Below, one piece after another: positions 42,354-56,329 of a DNA stretch of 64,000 nt (its first letter is position 1; every line of letters begins with the position of its first letter). The notes below the pieces were generated by a model that saw only the letters and a list, made by a program, of their open reading frames with translations, was not told where the DNA came from and searched no databases. Source of the DNA: Chrysomallon squamiferum (lineage: Eukaryota; Animalia; Mollusca); the NCBI GenBank assembly GCA_012295275.1, contig CM022668.1, forward strand, positions 1,922,001 through 1,986,000. Reading direction: 5' to 3'. The position numbers and the translations under genes were made by a program.

Positions 42354-45300
42354 TTTACTTCTTTAATTAATTTTAAAATTATTTTCTTTCTTTCTTTCTT
42401 TCTTTTTTTTTTTTTCTTTCTTTTTTTTTTTTTTTTTTTTCTTTTATTTTATTTATTTCAATTTGGTAAATATTAATATTAAGAAAATTATATCCTATAT
42501 TAAATTTTTAGAATTTATTTCTTAAAAGATCATATAAAGATAATTATAACACCAACAAGTATTAAAAAAAATAAAATTAAAATAAAATAAATAAACAGAA
42601 AATAAATAAATAAATAAATAAATAAGAAAATAAATAAATAAAGAAATAAGCAGATAAAAAACAAACAAACAAACAAACAAACAAATAAATTATAAAAAGA
42701 TCAGTGTAGCTGATGATAACTAACCAATGCCGCGGTCGAGGTCGGTCCTGGCTGTCTGGCTGCCAGCAAGCGATGCTGTGTCTGGTAATATGGAGCCTCC
42801 CACTTTGACAATTTCTCCATCTGGAGCACAGACTACACTGCCTTTCACAGACTCACCTATCACACTGCCCGCTGAAAAACACAGTTTGCTATAACTAGAC
42901 TACACTAAGCTATTCTCATACTGATTTCAAATATTTATATTTTATCCACACGCTTATAGTCATTATACAAATTATTAAGATTTCTTTCCCCATTAAAATC
43001 AAGATATCTTTTGTGTGACATTTCCAGCAGAGATAAAAACAGTGGGAGGCACAAGGAACACTGGTTAGAACATGAAATTCATCAAGGGAGATAATTAATC
43101 TTTGAAGCTGTGTGAAGTATATAACAGTGAGATAACAGTTCATTGTCAGTATTTTTAATGATCAACATAATGTTAAAGATAAAACAGATTTATGATGATT
43201 TTATCAAACTTCATGAAATAATTCAGAATAAGTTTATGAAATTGTATGAAAACAAAATTGCAAATATATTTAATATCTGTATTTATCTCAGTGTTTCACT
43301 CTACACAAACTGAACATTTCTTGGTACTGTAAATTTGAAATATTAATAATAATAATAATAATCATAGTAGTAATAATAATAATAATTATAAGAACAATAA
43401 TAATAACTACAAAAATAATGACAATAATAACTTCTATAATAATAATAATAATGACAACAACAACATCATCATCTTCGACAACAACATCAATAATAACTAA
43501 TGAGCTAAAGCATAATTCATGATAAAACTAAATAATTATTTTCTGTATGTATATAATAATTTTTACCTGTGTATGAAATATTAAACATTAAATTACAGAA
43601 CCTGTGACATATATTTTTAATTTGTCACTGTTGTTATGAAAAGTCTGTATGTTACATTTATTTATATTTTTATCAAAAATGAATAAATATTTAAATATTT
43701 CTTAATAAAATTCAAATAATATAAAAATGTAGTGACTAAGACATATGTGTAATCAGATTCTGACTAAAATATTAGTATTTATTTTGAAGAGAAGATTTAT
43801 TACAGTTGTGTTATTAAGTAATGTTTAGTGTGAAACTGTCTACGATGTTAACAGGTTTTGTTACACTTTTAAAAGAAATAATGTTAATTTGCTTGTAAAT
43901 TATTTTCTTTTGTATTATTAGAAATTCTGTAACTTCTTTATTTTGTATTATAATAATAATTCTTATTAATAATATATATATATATTAAAGTTAATTGAAA
44001 TATAGATTGATGTTTGGATGAATGAAAAAAAAAAAGAGCAACAAAGAAAAGTACAGACAGACTGGAGGAATCATGAATGGATGAGTGAAGGAGAAAAAAG
44101 TATGGAAACATAAAATATTACTAGATGAAACAAATATGACAAACCAAGGAATATTAAAAGAAAAATTATATGAATAAGAAATAAGGAAATGAATAAAAAA
44201 CAATGACTCAAAAATAAAAATATATAAATAAAAATAAAGAATTAAAAAGAAAAATTATATGAATTTAAAAAAAGGAAAAAATAAGAAAATTTATATATAA
44301 AAAATAAGGGATTATGAAGAAAAATTATATGAATGAAAAGGAAGGAATTAAGAAGAAATATTAAATTTACTACATGTGTTGAACTAGCTATCTCATCCAC
44401 GTGTCTGTTATTCTGTCTGTGAGTAGAAACATTACTTGGTTACAAAGATTTGTGATTTTTGTTTTAAATTTATTCTCACAATCAGCACCAACATCTTCAC
44501 CTGGCCTGCTACTGAGTGACTGGTCAAGTTTGTCACCTACTAACTGGTCATCTAGGTCAGGTAATGCTTGGTCACTTGTATGACCTAGTAACTGGTCAGC
44601 TTTATCACCAAGTAAGAGATCAGTTTTTTCAAGTGGTGACTGATCACTTTGATCAAGTTGTGATTGACCACTTTGATCAAGTTGTGATTGACCACTTTTA
44701 TCAAGTTGTGATTGATCACTTTGATCAAGTGGTGACTGATCACTTTTGTCTGGAAGCCACTGATCACTTTTTGCAAGTTGTGATTGATCAGTTTTACCAT
44801 CAAGTAACTGGTATTTTTTAATAAGTAGTGACTGATAACTTTTATCAAATAGTGACTGGTCACTTTCCTCCTCATCTGAGTACTCACTACCTACAAGTGC
44901 TGAAATACAGTAAAACTCAGCATCTCATTTTCAGTGACTTTCTAACTGTCACATTACAAAAAAATAGTTACCATAGAAACACGTTCTGACAATCATCTGA
45001 TCCTTAGGAACAATTCCTTTTAAACAATAAGTAATTTAATTAATAATTTAAATGTTTAATTAATTTATTTAGTGTTTCTTGATTTTGTTTCTCAGTTAGT
45101 TTATTTTGTTTATTTATTTAAGTGTGTCTGTATATAAATATATATGAACATTTCTATCCTGTATTTAAAAGAGAGAAAAAAAAGAGAATTTCAATATATT
45201 TTACAGTTACAAGAGTTTTATACTTACATCCCTTTTTGGAACTCTTTAGGCTTTGCTGGCTTCCTTTCCACTGAGTAGAAACATGTCTAAAACCTGGAAA

Positions 45301-46995
45301 AACAAAATAAATGTAATTATCAGTAATATTATTTGTTATTAAGTTTATAATCTGGATGTCAAGGTCAGTTTCATGATTAAGGCCAAAAGCAGGTCCAAGG
45401 TTAAGGATGATATATAGTTTGATAATTATGTCAACTTTTATGGATGAAATTAAATTTATTTGTTAAGTAATAAGGAGCATGTCTTTAAATGTTTATCTCT
45501 TTTGATAATTATTTATGTGTAAAATTGTTTTAAAAATTAAGTGAATAGTTCAAATATGATTATTTTGTTCAGTGTCTTACCTCGATCTCTTTCAGAATGA
45601 ACTGAGGAAATACCCCATTCTGACCCTGTCTCCTCAACTGAAAATAACAAAACTTATTAAATATCACAATTATTATTATATTTATTTATTGTTTTGTTTT
45701 GTTTTTTTATTCATTTATTTTTTTTTTATTTTTTTTTTTTTTATCAAGTATTAAATACTGAATAAATAAAAACCTATAAATTCATTTCATGTAAAAAATT
45801 ACATTTTAATGATAAATTACTTTACTGATGTCTAATTTGCTCATTAACATTTAGAATTATTTTTTTTCTCACTTTAAATAAAAATATTTAAAACATTTCT
45901 TTAAATAATGAGTTTGTCACCAAGGTAAAAATATTATCTGAATGATCAAATTGTTTACCTTCACTAGGAGCCTGGCCCACTCTGTCAACTGAAGGAGACA
46001 CTCCTGACAAAATTGTGTGTTGAGGAGTCGGTGACAGAATGTTTACATGAGGCAGTTCTGAAACAATCATCAACACATACATATTAGTAATACATTCATT
46101 ATCAAAACACATTATCAACACTTATATTATCAACACATGCATTATTAATACATACATTATCAACACATACATTATTAATGCATACATTATCAACACATAC
46201 ATTATTAATGCATACATTATAAACATATGTATTATCAATACACATATTAGTAATATGTTATCATCACACATTATCAACTCATGTTATCAACACCCACACC
46301 ATTAATACATACACTATCAACACATATATTATCAACACACACTTTATCAATAATATACATTAATAACCTATATTATCAACACATGCATTACCAGTGTACA
46401 CACAATCAATAAACATGCTTGCAATACATATATTTTCAGCACATGTCACTAACATTTATAATTCTAAATATCTGGGTTTAAAATATGATTTGACAGAGTC
46501 ATTTTATAACACAGAACTATTTATAATACAGAATATTGTATGTAGACAGCAACATATGTTACATAACTCTAAATATAATAAAGATATATATAATCAATCA
46601 ATACAATGACACAAAATTATTTAATAAAGATTTATTATTACTTCTATCATAACTACAACACTTACTGTCTATAGGAGGCAGTGGTAGGTGTTGCTGTGTC
46701 TGTTCACGGCTGACGTCGAGTATTGGTGTCAGTGGCACTTTAGATTTGATTGGTGGCAGGTGAGGGATGTTGGAGGTGAGGATGGGACTGACGCCTTCGC
46801 GCAGTGTCACCACTGGGGTACTGCCGATGTACTCCTTCTCAGAACCTTCATAGGTCCAGCTACGACTTCCACCTGATACAAACAACAATACATGTAATGT
46901 GTTTGTCTGAGTGTGAGTACCACTGCACTGACTCAACAGTACCAGTGGCTGTATCATGTTTTGTAATGAACATTTCTTATATGTTTCTGTGTATC

Positions 46996-47030
<35 letters not shown>

Positions 47031-50000
47031 GTATGTATGTATGTATGTATGTATGTAAAATTTAAATATTTTCATTATATAAACTATTTCCAGAAACGGG
47101 AAACCATTCATTTATTCATTCATTTTTCTATCTTTCATTCATTTTTCCTTCTTTCATTTATTTAACTATTTATTCTTCAATTTGGATGACTAGACTGATC
47201 AGTGAATCATCTGACTGATAAAGTGATGAGTTGTCTATCATTCATCTATGAATAAATTATTATCCGTACTCTTGTGTCGCGTTTTTTCATGTTTTGGGAT
47301 TGTGCAGCCTTTGAATGATCCACCATAGTCAGAACTGTGAGATGTGTTCTCAACTTCCGGAAAATCTGCATCCAGCGCCGATGTCCCACTGCGATGTGAA
47401 TCCAACAGTGACTGAAAATAAATAATGATAAAATAAATATAAAAATTAACAAAAAAAACAAAAACAAAAAAAAAAAAAACAAAGTGAAATAAAATAAAAT
47501 AAAATACAATAGATAAATATAAAAATTAATGAAAAAATAAAAAGTAAATAAAGAAAAAAATAAAAGTATATAAAAGAAAAAAAGGAAAATCATAAATGCA
47601 CATGTATATAAAATTAAAATTAAAAATTGAAAATAAAATAAAAAGACAAAAATAAAAATATGAAAAAGCATTAAAACCATCAATGTAATAAAGAACACAA
47701 AAGTTCTTTTTGAATGTGTGGTGAATTTTAAAGTTATGAAAATCATTTTGACATTTTTTTCAGTTACAGGCAATTATTAATGATAATAACAGCAATTAAA
47801 AAGGAAAAAAGAAATACAAACAAAATAATAATGATATACAGATGGACAGATAGACAGAGACAGAGATACAAACAGATATATAGATAGAATTCTAAAAAAA
47901 TTTATAAAGTAAAATAAAACAATAAATAACATCATGATTTATTCCAGATCTTTAACAAAAATGAAACTGTGAAGTGAGTAAACAACGTTTTCACTAATTA
48001 AAATTTGAATGAATTACCAGCAGATCTGTCAAAATGGCACTGTCCACAAGAACTGGAGCCACCAGCCCTGACCCCAGCCTACGCAGACGCAACCTGTCAA
48101 CTAGCCTGGGTCGTAACCGGTGGCAGTGAGACTGAGGTACTTTCTTTGAGTACGATTTATTAAAAACACTGGGTATCTTTACCACCTTCAGTGGAGGTAG
48201 TTCATAGGACAAAACCATGATTACGAGACTTTGCAGCAACTAAAATATTTCAGTTTCCATTGAAATAGAACTACAAAAGGTAATGTACACAATTGATTCT
48301 GTTCACCAGATAACTAATGTGTTTAATCATGCTGATCAGTATGATGAAAACAGAGCACAAAAAATATTTAAAAATCCATGAAAAATATTGTTCCTTCTTA
48401 GAATTCTTTAAAAATAATCATGACAAGGACACCAAAAGTATTTTCCTGTTTATAACAATCAGAAAATTATGATCTTGATTAACACACAAAATCATAGCAT
48501 GTCTTGAAAAACAGTTACAATTTACTCTCCTGATGAAACAAACATAAAATGTAAACTGTTTTTATACTGGTTTCCAAAGAGATATAAAAACACAGATGCT
48601 GTTTTGGAACAATTTCATTGCAGAAACACAAGCTCTGTTGAAAAAATTCCAAATCATTTAATATTTTTTAAGTCTAAATTCCAGCCTGTAATAAACTTCA
48701 AAAGTCTTGTTTGATAAAAATTCTGCTCAAGTTCTCAAAATAAAACCTAAAATTAACTATGAAAAAAAACCCAAAATAATTACTCATTAATTCTAGGCAT
48801 AACCTATGATATGGTATCTATGTTTACAAAACACTGTGGAGAATAATAATGAAAGAATAATAATAATGATAATAAAAACAGATTTGTCAGAAATCAGTAC
48901 ATAAACTGAAAACAAATCATCAAACTGTCAGTGTGAAATATATAACATTATAATTTTAAATATCTGTTTTTAGATAGTTGTATCTCACATAACTGTATTT
49001 ATAATATGATTAGACAGTCAGTTTATAATACAGAATATTGTATGTAGACAGCAATATATGTTACATAACTCTAATTATAATAAAGATGATGTAGAGATAG
49101 CAGTGTGTTACATGATACAAAATAATAATTATAATAGAGAACAGAGTGGTATTTTCTAAAGTTAATTATTAGCTTTTACTAATGATAATGTTTGTTTTGT
49201 ATTTTAATGATGTAAGATTTTATAACTAATACATTTTGTAGAATGTTTAACTTTTCTTTTAATTACTTTCTAAACTGTTTTAATCTTTTACAAAAATCTC
49301 AAAAATGATTGCACTGAGAAAAAATATTATTTAAAAAAATATATATATTTTGTATCTTTCAAGATAATTTTAACTTTCAAAATAAATTTCTCTGTTATTC
49401 GCTGTATGAACTAAAATATAAAAGAAACTTGCAATCCAGGAAAATATCCTTCCTCAGTCTTGATCATGTCAGATTGTTATCCTTTAATCAGGCTCACATA
49501 AAGTCATCCTCAGAAATCACTCAGCACTGTTTCCAAGAATTGATAAGTGTAGTTTTTAAAAATAAATTCCAAGGAGTTGAAAATGCTATTTTCTGAAATA
49601 AATTCTGAGAATCTGAATTTTATATTTTCCAAGGTAAATTCCATGACAAAATATCCAGAAACTGTATCACCATTTTCATCTGCAGTTAAAAAACTACAAA
49701 TACTACTTTTTACATAACCAATCTTGTGTAATAATTTGTCAAAACATTGGTAGTATTTTCTATGCAACCACTTTTGGTTACTTCATAAAATCAGAAACGC
49801 CAATGACAGTGCAAATATTAGCAAACGAACAGACATCTGCACTGTTTGAGAAAAACTTCATAAACTGAACTTGCTTGTTGTCCGAAATTATTTCCCAGTC
49901 AATTACAGCTTTCCAAACAACTGTGAATGATAAAACATTTGAAAGAAAGAAACTATTGAGGAATAATCTGTTTTGTCAATCAATGCAGCACTGCTTTGAC

Positions 50001-51281
50001 TATAAACACATTTGAGAAATTACACACTGCAGGCTTTTTATTGACATTTTTATCTCAGCTGAAACTAACAGTGAAAATAAAAGTGAAATTTGTTTTGTAG
50101 AAAAATTTACATTTAATGTCAGTTGTATAGGTGTGATATTCAATAAGTCTGAGCTGTCTCTAGGTGAATAAACCCAGTATTCTTTACAATGTCGTTAGTT
50201 TACTTTTGAAACTTGTTTCTTTTCTAAACTATTGTTGTCTTTGATATTATATAGTGAAATGCTGAATATTATTGATTTTTATTGACGTCTTTCATATTAC
50301 ATAGTTCAGTCTGGCACTCATGATTTTTTTATTGTTGTTTTTTACCACAAGTTATTATAAATAGTTATTTTAATGTCTGTGTTTATATTTATGTACATCC
50401 GTAATTCAGTATGTGTGTTATTATTCCATGCATGTGTTTGTGTGCATGTTGTGCATACATGCATGTACATGAGGGAGTAGATGTTCTGGATTTCAAAGGA
50501 AACAGAAAAGAGAAATAATCACTTTATCACAAAATCAATTCAAGTCTGCTGTGATATCTATTACTATTTTGATTTTTATTTATCTTTTTCACTTGTTTTC
50601 ATCACCTTGGCAACCTGGGTTGTGACAGGATTACAGGATTACAGCATTGTAGAAGGATTATTAAAGAATTACTGAACTTGAAAGAGATGGGATTACTTTA
50701 TAATGAACATGAAAAACATGAAAGTGAAAATTCAGTAAAATGAAATAACTTTATAACAGCCAGCAGACATAATGTGGATAAAATTAAAAAGAAAGGAAAG
50801 ACAGAAATAATGTAATAAAAGAAGGAAAGAAAAGGGAATGAAAAGTGAAAGAAAAAAGGACAAAAGAAAAACACTGAAGCAAGAAGAAGAAAAGAAAGAA
50901 AGAATAATGTTTACAATAGTTAGTTTATAATTTAAACATTATTAATAACTATGACTGATGTGAAATAGATGTTAGTTTGAGAACTAAAAGGTCAGCAGAT
51001 CAATACTGAGACAGGACTCTTTGTGTAACTTGCTTTGTTTCTCTAGTAAGTTCAGTCAGTGCAGATATTTCACACACTTTGTTATCAGGTTGTCAGTTAA
51101 CATTACTCTGGCTCATTATTAATATATTATATTATTATTACATTGATTCAAACTGGCTCATACAGAAAGACAGGCTGAGAGAGAGGGAAGGATAGTGTGA
51201 AAGAATAAAAGAAAGACTGAAGTAACTTGAAGAAAAATGAGAAATATAGAAATATAATACAACATGCACACACACAAACAT

Positions 51282-51334
<53 letters not shown>

Positions 51335-54257
51335 TACATACATACATAGACACACACATAGAGAGAGAGAGAATGAACGAGTGAAAGAGAGAGAAACCCC
51401 AAAACATGAGTGTAATATTAGAGCTATCAAACATCTGTTGTCACTTTTCACACTTTGAATAACTCAGTGTTACTACAATTATGTAACCTAGGTGACATAA
51501 CACAGTTATCTCAGGAATGGTGTAAATGTGTAATGGCTGTCTATCACAATGACGTATCCATGGTAACATGACAAAAGAGAAGTCTATGCTATGTATAGAT
51601 AATGAGATTTGGACTGAGTGTGATTGTACTTGTTCATGTTTTATTATTAGCACAACACATATTATTAATAACAGATATTCTTTCATTTTATCACACACAC
51701 ACACGTTAAAGAATAAATAAATAAATAAATAAATATATATATATATATATACATCAGCAGGATTGTGATATAAAATATAGATAGGTAATATGATTCATAC
51801 TGATATCATTGAAGTTGTGCTGTAAGGTATATACAGGTAATAAGTCTCACACAATATTGTCAGGTGTTACAGGTATTTTATAATGCTGTAATACCCGTTA
51901 AAGGGATATCTGGGGTATTTAAGCATTGTATTTTATATGTATATTAAAACACAAATACAAACAAACACATATATAATTTTATATCTGTCTTATATTTGTG
52001 AATACATGTTAATTCTAATTCTGATCATGTATATTTTTGTGAATGTATATATTTAACTTTATATCTTATACTTTTTATCTCTAGTCAACAGTTTAATTTA
52101 ATTTAAACTCCCAGAAACATCCTCTCTCTCTCTCTGTATATATATATATATATATCTGTCTCTTTCTCTCTCACACATACCCCCCTCACACACAAGAGAT
52201 GCACATATACATTTTCAAAGCAGCAACGAATACACCCACACACATATTTGTTATTGGATAACAATATCAGTGGTACAAACAAATGTTACATAACATTTAC
52301 TGAGTAATCAATCAAACACACCCCTGTCAGCTAATGGGAGATAATTCTAAATCAGTCTGATCTTCTTTGTCATAGTTAACCCTCTTACAGCAGCTCATTG
52401 TCTCTATTTAGCAAGGACCAGTCCAAAACATAGAAGAGGAGGAAGGATGACATAAACTCTGTCTCTAAATAATGTCTGAATATATTTGTGCATGACATTT
52501 TTTCATCAAGCTGTATTTCTTACTATCTGTTGACAACACCCCTAACTACCTGTATGTATGTCCCATGTATGTATGTATGAAGATTTTATTTAGATACATA
52601 TGAATAAAATTTGTATGTAATGTATAACAAATGCTCAAATTGTTGCCCTCTGCATTGATACATGTTTTTTACTCTGTTGAGGGTTTCGCTACTAATTTAT
52701 GTGTATCTAAATAAAAATCTTCATCTATCTATCTATATATGTGAATGTGTGTACATGTATGTATATATATATATATATATCCCTGTCTTTTGTCTCTCCA
52801 TCTATTTATTTATTTATGTATTGTGTGTTATTTGTTATATTCATTTACTGTAAGATTTATGCCTTCTTTCTTAGAATTTTATTTTATCAGTTTTCTTTCT
52901 GCACTGAAGAACAAAACATCTCATACATGCATCCCTCCCATGCTTGTTACCAGCACCTCCCTTGCATTGCATATCAACAGAAAGTTATTTTGAGTGGTTA
53001 TGGCTTATGTATTTGATGTTTACTGTACACACACTGTTATAAAACTCACCTCCACGGCTTCTTTCATGTTGAAGTCAGGGACAGGGGTGTGTGTGCAGAT
53101 ATTTTACGTATCTCAGCTGACCCCACCCGGCGACTGTCGTCAATCTCCTTCATTGTCTCCTCCACGTACTCCTACATTAAGCAAAAAACAACAAACAAAC
53201 AGTCAAATTTTTATTCAAGTTAAGGTTTGTAATAAGTGAATGAATGATTTAATAAATATTGCATATCCTTACATAATGTATAAACAGAGTTGAACAAACA
53301 AATAAAGACCAAGATAAACAAAAGGTTAAAACAAAATAAAAATAGGTTATATATTTTTTCAGATAGTAATATTTTAGTAATCTCCAAGTCCATTTTTTTT
53401 AGACATAATTTAATTCACCTGTTATTTTATTTTATTTTTGATATAATTAATTCACCTATAGTTTTCTGTTTTTGTTTTGTTTTCAGTTATAGTTAGTTTA
53501 CCTGATTCATAGATGTTTATCTTCTATTGTCTTCCCTTAGGGTGCTGGTTTTGAGGTTTTTTTTCTTTTCAGTTTTAATTACTTTACCTAATTCAGAGAT
53601 AATCAGTTTACCTATCCTATCTCTCGGTGTGTTGATTTGTTATTTTTTCATTTTTTTCATTTTTCATTTTTTTTCAGTTATAATTAATTTACCTGTTTCA
53701 CAGATAATTAACTCACCTGTTGTTTTTTCAGAGCGAAATGGACAGCACTCTTAACGAGCAGGTCAGTGATGACCTCTTCCTGCGACGTCCTGTCCAGACT
53801 TGCGTAGCTCACTTCTTTCTGCAGCCCGTCTTGCTGTGTCTTTATCACTCGGATTGTCGACGATGCCTTCACCCTCCTCGCAGCTGCTCTCTCCTGCTTC
53901 TCTTCAACTGAAATTTTAATCAAAATAAACTTTTTTTTAATAATAATAATAATATATTGTTTTATTGTCTTACAGTAAAAACATTTATTTTTATATTTTA
54001 TTTAAAATCAGGACAGCACTAACCACAGACTTTGACAATCATGAGACACTGGTTGGGATGGGAATTAACTAAATGGATGCATTAACATTATGGCCTGTCA
54101 TTCATCAAATGCCACTGCATTCTTGAACACAACCTATTTCATGATACAGTACTACTCAGTTCCTTGCATAAACAATATTTTTCTTTCTTTTCTTTTTCTT
54201 TTTTTCATATATAATAGTGATGATCATGGTACCAGCAGCATATACAGCATAAATAAC

Positions 54258-54304
<47 letters not shown>

Positions 54305-54450
54305 CAGTAGTAATAATAATGATAATAATAATAAGAAAACAATAATAACAATAGTAATAATAATAAAATAATAATAGTAATAGAAAATAATAATAATAAT
54401 CATAATAATAGTAAACAATAATAATAATAATAATAATAATAAAATAATAA

Positions 54451-54481
<31 letters not shown>

Positions 54482-55415
54482 AAGAAGAAGAAGAATTATT
54501 AATAATTATGTTATAAAACTCACACAGGTCCTCTGTTTCTGTGACAGCTCTGTAAAATGTGTACCCAGACAGACTGCCAGGGTACAACAACATACTGCGC
54601 ATCAGTCTGTATGGGGCGGGATAGTGGGACAGGTCCTCTGCTATCAGACGTCGACGCAGGTGTGGGATGACGAGGTTGTAGTGAAATAACGACCTCTCAG
54701 TGATGTATCCTGAATAACAACAACAACATGATAGAAACTAAATTGAATCTAATAACAGAAATATTGTAAAAAAAAAATGAAAGACTGATGACTGGATTCT
54801 GTGATAGTCCATGAATGAATAAATGAATAATTGATGGATGGACTGATGGATGGTATATGGTAGATGGATCAATGGATGGTGATGCTGGATGGCTGGATCA
54901 TTGGATGGAAGTTTAATGATGGTAACTCATTTTAATAATAATTATTATTCTTGCTGTAATGCTGTATAAGAGAAAGAAGTTCATGTTTTTATTCTGTGAC
55001 ATATTCATTCTGATCAGCACACAGTGCCTGCTATGCTATGGATGGATGATTAAAAGATTGACAGATGGACAGACAGATGAAAATGTATCGATGAAGAAAA
55101 CAGTTATTTGATTTACTGGCTATATAACTAACACTGTTAATTAAGACAAGTTATTACTGATTACACAAATGTACAAAATGATGGGCAGACAGACACACAG
55201 ACTGAAAAACAGACTGAATTTCACCTTTACTAATGACAGTCTCCAACACACTGTCATCCCAGGTTCTGGTCCATGTTGCTAGGTAACGCTTCGCAGAAAA
55301 TCCCGGTCTGATCTGCCTCTTCATCTCTCTCTTCTGATGTAGAAACTTCATGTACACACTGGCACTGTCTGTCTGCCTCTCCTGTTACCATGGTAACAAC
55401 AGTAATAGTAATAAC

Positions 55416-55453
<38 letters not shown>

Positions 55454-55488
55454 TAATAATAATGATAATAATAATAATAATAATAATG

Positions 55489-55531
<43 letters not shown>

Positions 55532-56224
55532 TGATAATAATAATAAACAATAATATTAATTACAACAAAAATAATAACAGTAGTAGTAGTAGTAGTAGTA
55601 GTAGCTGAAGTTTGGGACTGTGTTGTGAAAAACATTTATTATTTTTCTAAATGTAGTATATAAATCTAAAATTTCCAACCTAGATTAACAAACAACATAC
55701 AAACAAACAAACAAACAAAAACAAAATAAATAAATAAATAAACAATAAAAATAAATAAATAAACAAACAAATCCTGAGCCACTTTCAAAGAACACACAGA
55801 ATTTTGACAAACTGACTCACATGACTTCCATAAGACAAGATGGATCTCGCCAGATCTTCGACAGTGTGAATGGACAAAGTCTCTGCATTTTTGTGTGTCG
55901 CTTCTCTCTCCTTGTCTCGCAGTGCAAGGTCCTCGGAGAACAGCAGCAAGGCTCCTTTTCGTGTGGTGAAAGTCTTGGGGAGATGAATTTCATTGAACTC
56001 ACGAGAGCCTCGTGTTGATAGGCTGGAGCTGCCATGACCAAATGAGAAGTTGGTTTTGATTGGTGGAAGATAATATCTGTCTGAGTTGACAAAGTTGTAG
56101 TAATCCTGAAATGTAAACAATTTTAATTATAAACCATGGTTTATATAAACTTGTTGTTTATATCAATTTGCAAAGAAACAAAGACACATACTCACACTTA
56201 CCTGTCTCTTTCTCTGTCTGTCTT

Positions 56225-56267
<43 letters not shown>

Positions 56268-56276
56268 ATCTATCTC

Positions 56277-56329
<53 letters not shown>

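Noticed and set aside
44516-44887. ORF-track peptides VVIDHFDQ (+) and KVINHNLI (-) as separate repeat proteins
   Set aside because: They are alternative frames of the 24-bp repeat. Splice phase supports the SDQSQLD frame of KIAA2012.
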